From: Promethearchaeota archaeon
GTDB lineage: Archaea; Asgardarchaeota; Lokiarchaeia; Sigyniarchaeales; SOKP01
NCBI GenBank assembly: GCA_048937405.1
Contig: JBHLNF010000005.1
Span: 205,227-269,226, forward strand
DNA length: 64,000 nt
Direction of reading: 5' to 3'
The notes under the pieces were generated by a model. The model ran no database searches, was not told the origin of the DNA, and saw nothing but the letters and a program-made list of their open reading frames with translations. The translations under genes and the position numbers were made by a program. Numbering within the stretch: the stretch's first letter is position 1; each line of letters begins with the position of its first letter. Shown one piece after another: positions 62,805-64,000 of this stretch.

Positions 62805-62956
62805 TAAAAATACTTTTTTTTTATATAAATTTTAAATTCTTAAATGGACAGTCCATTAAACTCTTGAGTGCTCAAAAAATATTGAATTTGAAGAAAATAT
62901 TGATTCTAATAACTCCTATTACTAGACTAGGATAAATTAATTAGGGAAATTTTTAT

Positions 62957-63877
62957 ATGACAATAATTAAAGTTAGTGAGAATCTTTATAATATCATTTT
63001 AAAACTAAATTTAGATGGAAGTGATTTCTTTTTAAGTCCTTGGGTTTATAATGATAATAATCTTTCATTTATAGTGGATCCTGGACCTACATCTACTATT
63101 AAGGTTCTCAAGAAAGAGTTAAATAACTTAAATATTACGGATAAAAATCTTGATTTTATTCTATTAACACATATTCACATGGATCATGCTGGAGGGGCAG
63201 GTTCTCTTCTTAATTATTATTCGAAAGCAAAGGTTATATGTCATCCTAAAGGTATAAAACATCTTATAAATCCTGAAGCGTTATGGAAAGGAAGTAAAAA
63301 AGTTCTTGGTAAGGTTGCGAATTTATATGGAGAAATAAGATCAATTCCCCCAGATCGAATTTTATATCAAGAAAAGATTGCAGATAATAAGATTAAAGCT
63401 ATTGAAACATTAGGTCATGCTCCGCATCATCTCTCGTTTTTATTCCAGAAATATCTATTTGCTGGAGAAGCAGCCGGAGTAAGTTATCCTTTGCCTAACC
63501 AGATATATATCCGTCCAGCAACTCCACCTATTTTTAATTATAACATTTCTATTAACACCCTTGATAACTTAATTTCTTTAAAATTATTAGATTATATGAT
63601 TTGCTATGCACATCATGGAGTTAGAGAAAATGCAGATTTGATGCTTAGGTTAGCAAGAGAACAAATAATATTGTGGACAAAGGTAATTCAAAGCAATATA
63701 CAGAAGAGAAATAAAAGTGAATCTATTTCGTATATAATAGATAAATTAAAGAAAAAAGACCAATATTTCTCTAATATAAGCTTTCTTAAGGATGATGTAA
63801 GAAAGAGAGAGATTTTTTTTGTTAATAACAGTATTAAAGGAATTACTGAATATATTTTAAATTCAACAATAAATTAA
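62957..63877 (+). CDS. Metallo-beta-lactamase fold hydrolase
   Basis: THIHMDHAGG, GHAPHH, FAGEAAG. Confidence 0.9.
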   Translation: MTIIKVSENLYNIILKLNLDGSDFFLSPWVYNDNNLSFIVDPGPTSTIKVLKKELNNLNITDKNLDFILLTHIHMDHAGGAGSLLNYYSKAKVICHPKGIKHLINPEALWKGSKKVLGKVANLYGEIRSIPPDRILYQEKIADNKIKAIETLGHAPHHLSFLFQKYLFAGEAAGVSYPLPNQIYIRPATPPIFNYNISINTLDNLISLKLLDYMICYAHHGVRENADLMLRLAREQIILWTKVIQSNIQKRNKSESISYIIDKLKKKDQYFSNISFLKDDVRKREIFFVNNSIKGITEYILNSTIN

Positions 63878-64000
63878 AATAAAAAAAGAAAAAAAATGAA
63901 AAAGATAAAACTTAACTCAAAAAAAAAAAAAAGTGAGATCCTGAGATCTCGAAGTTAATAAGGGGATGATTCAAGCGAAAAAATCGTACGAATCGTGTTG

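Noticed and set aside
1-64000. CRISPR array, rRNA or IS element
   Set aside because: No regularly spaced short repeats, rRNA-like segment or transposase motif seen; repeats in 2407-8769 are protein-coding

Overview
AT-rich archaeal chromosome segment, most consistent with an Asgard archaeon (Lokiarchaeia-like). Evidence: eukaryote-like E1 and E2 enzymes, a longin protein, a small GTPase, an IFT52-like protein, a HEAT-PCI-appendage protein, GPN and NOG1 GTPases, rps30e and BHB-intron tRNAs. No CRISPR array, rRNA or transposase was seen. Main points: (1) selD is a selenoprotein missed by the ORF track, with in-frame UGA at codon 17 and a eukaryote-type SECIS just after the stop; (2) several intact conserved genes lack an in-frame ATG/GTG/TTG and appear to start at ATA/ATT behind SD-like motifs; (3) a 2120-aa protein of 18 MIT/TPR-like repeats joined by charged helices lies directly upstream of a UBA3-like E1, with an unusual E2 nearby; (4) tRNA-Tyr has three introns and tRNA-Trp has two; (5) two partial gene duplications bracket apparently inserted DNA. 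All family calls come from motif recognition by eye; no searches were run.
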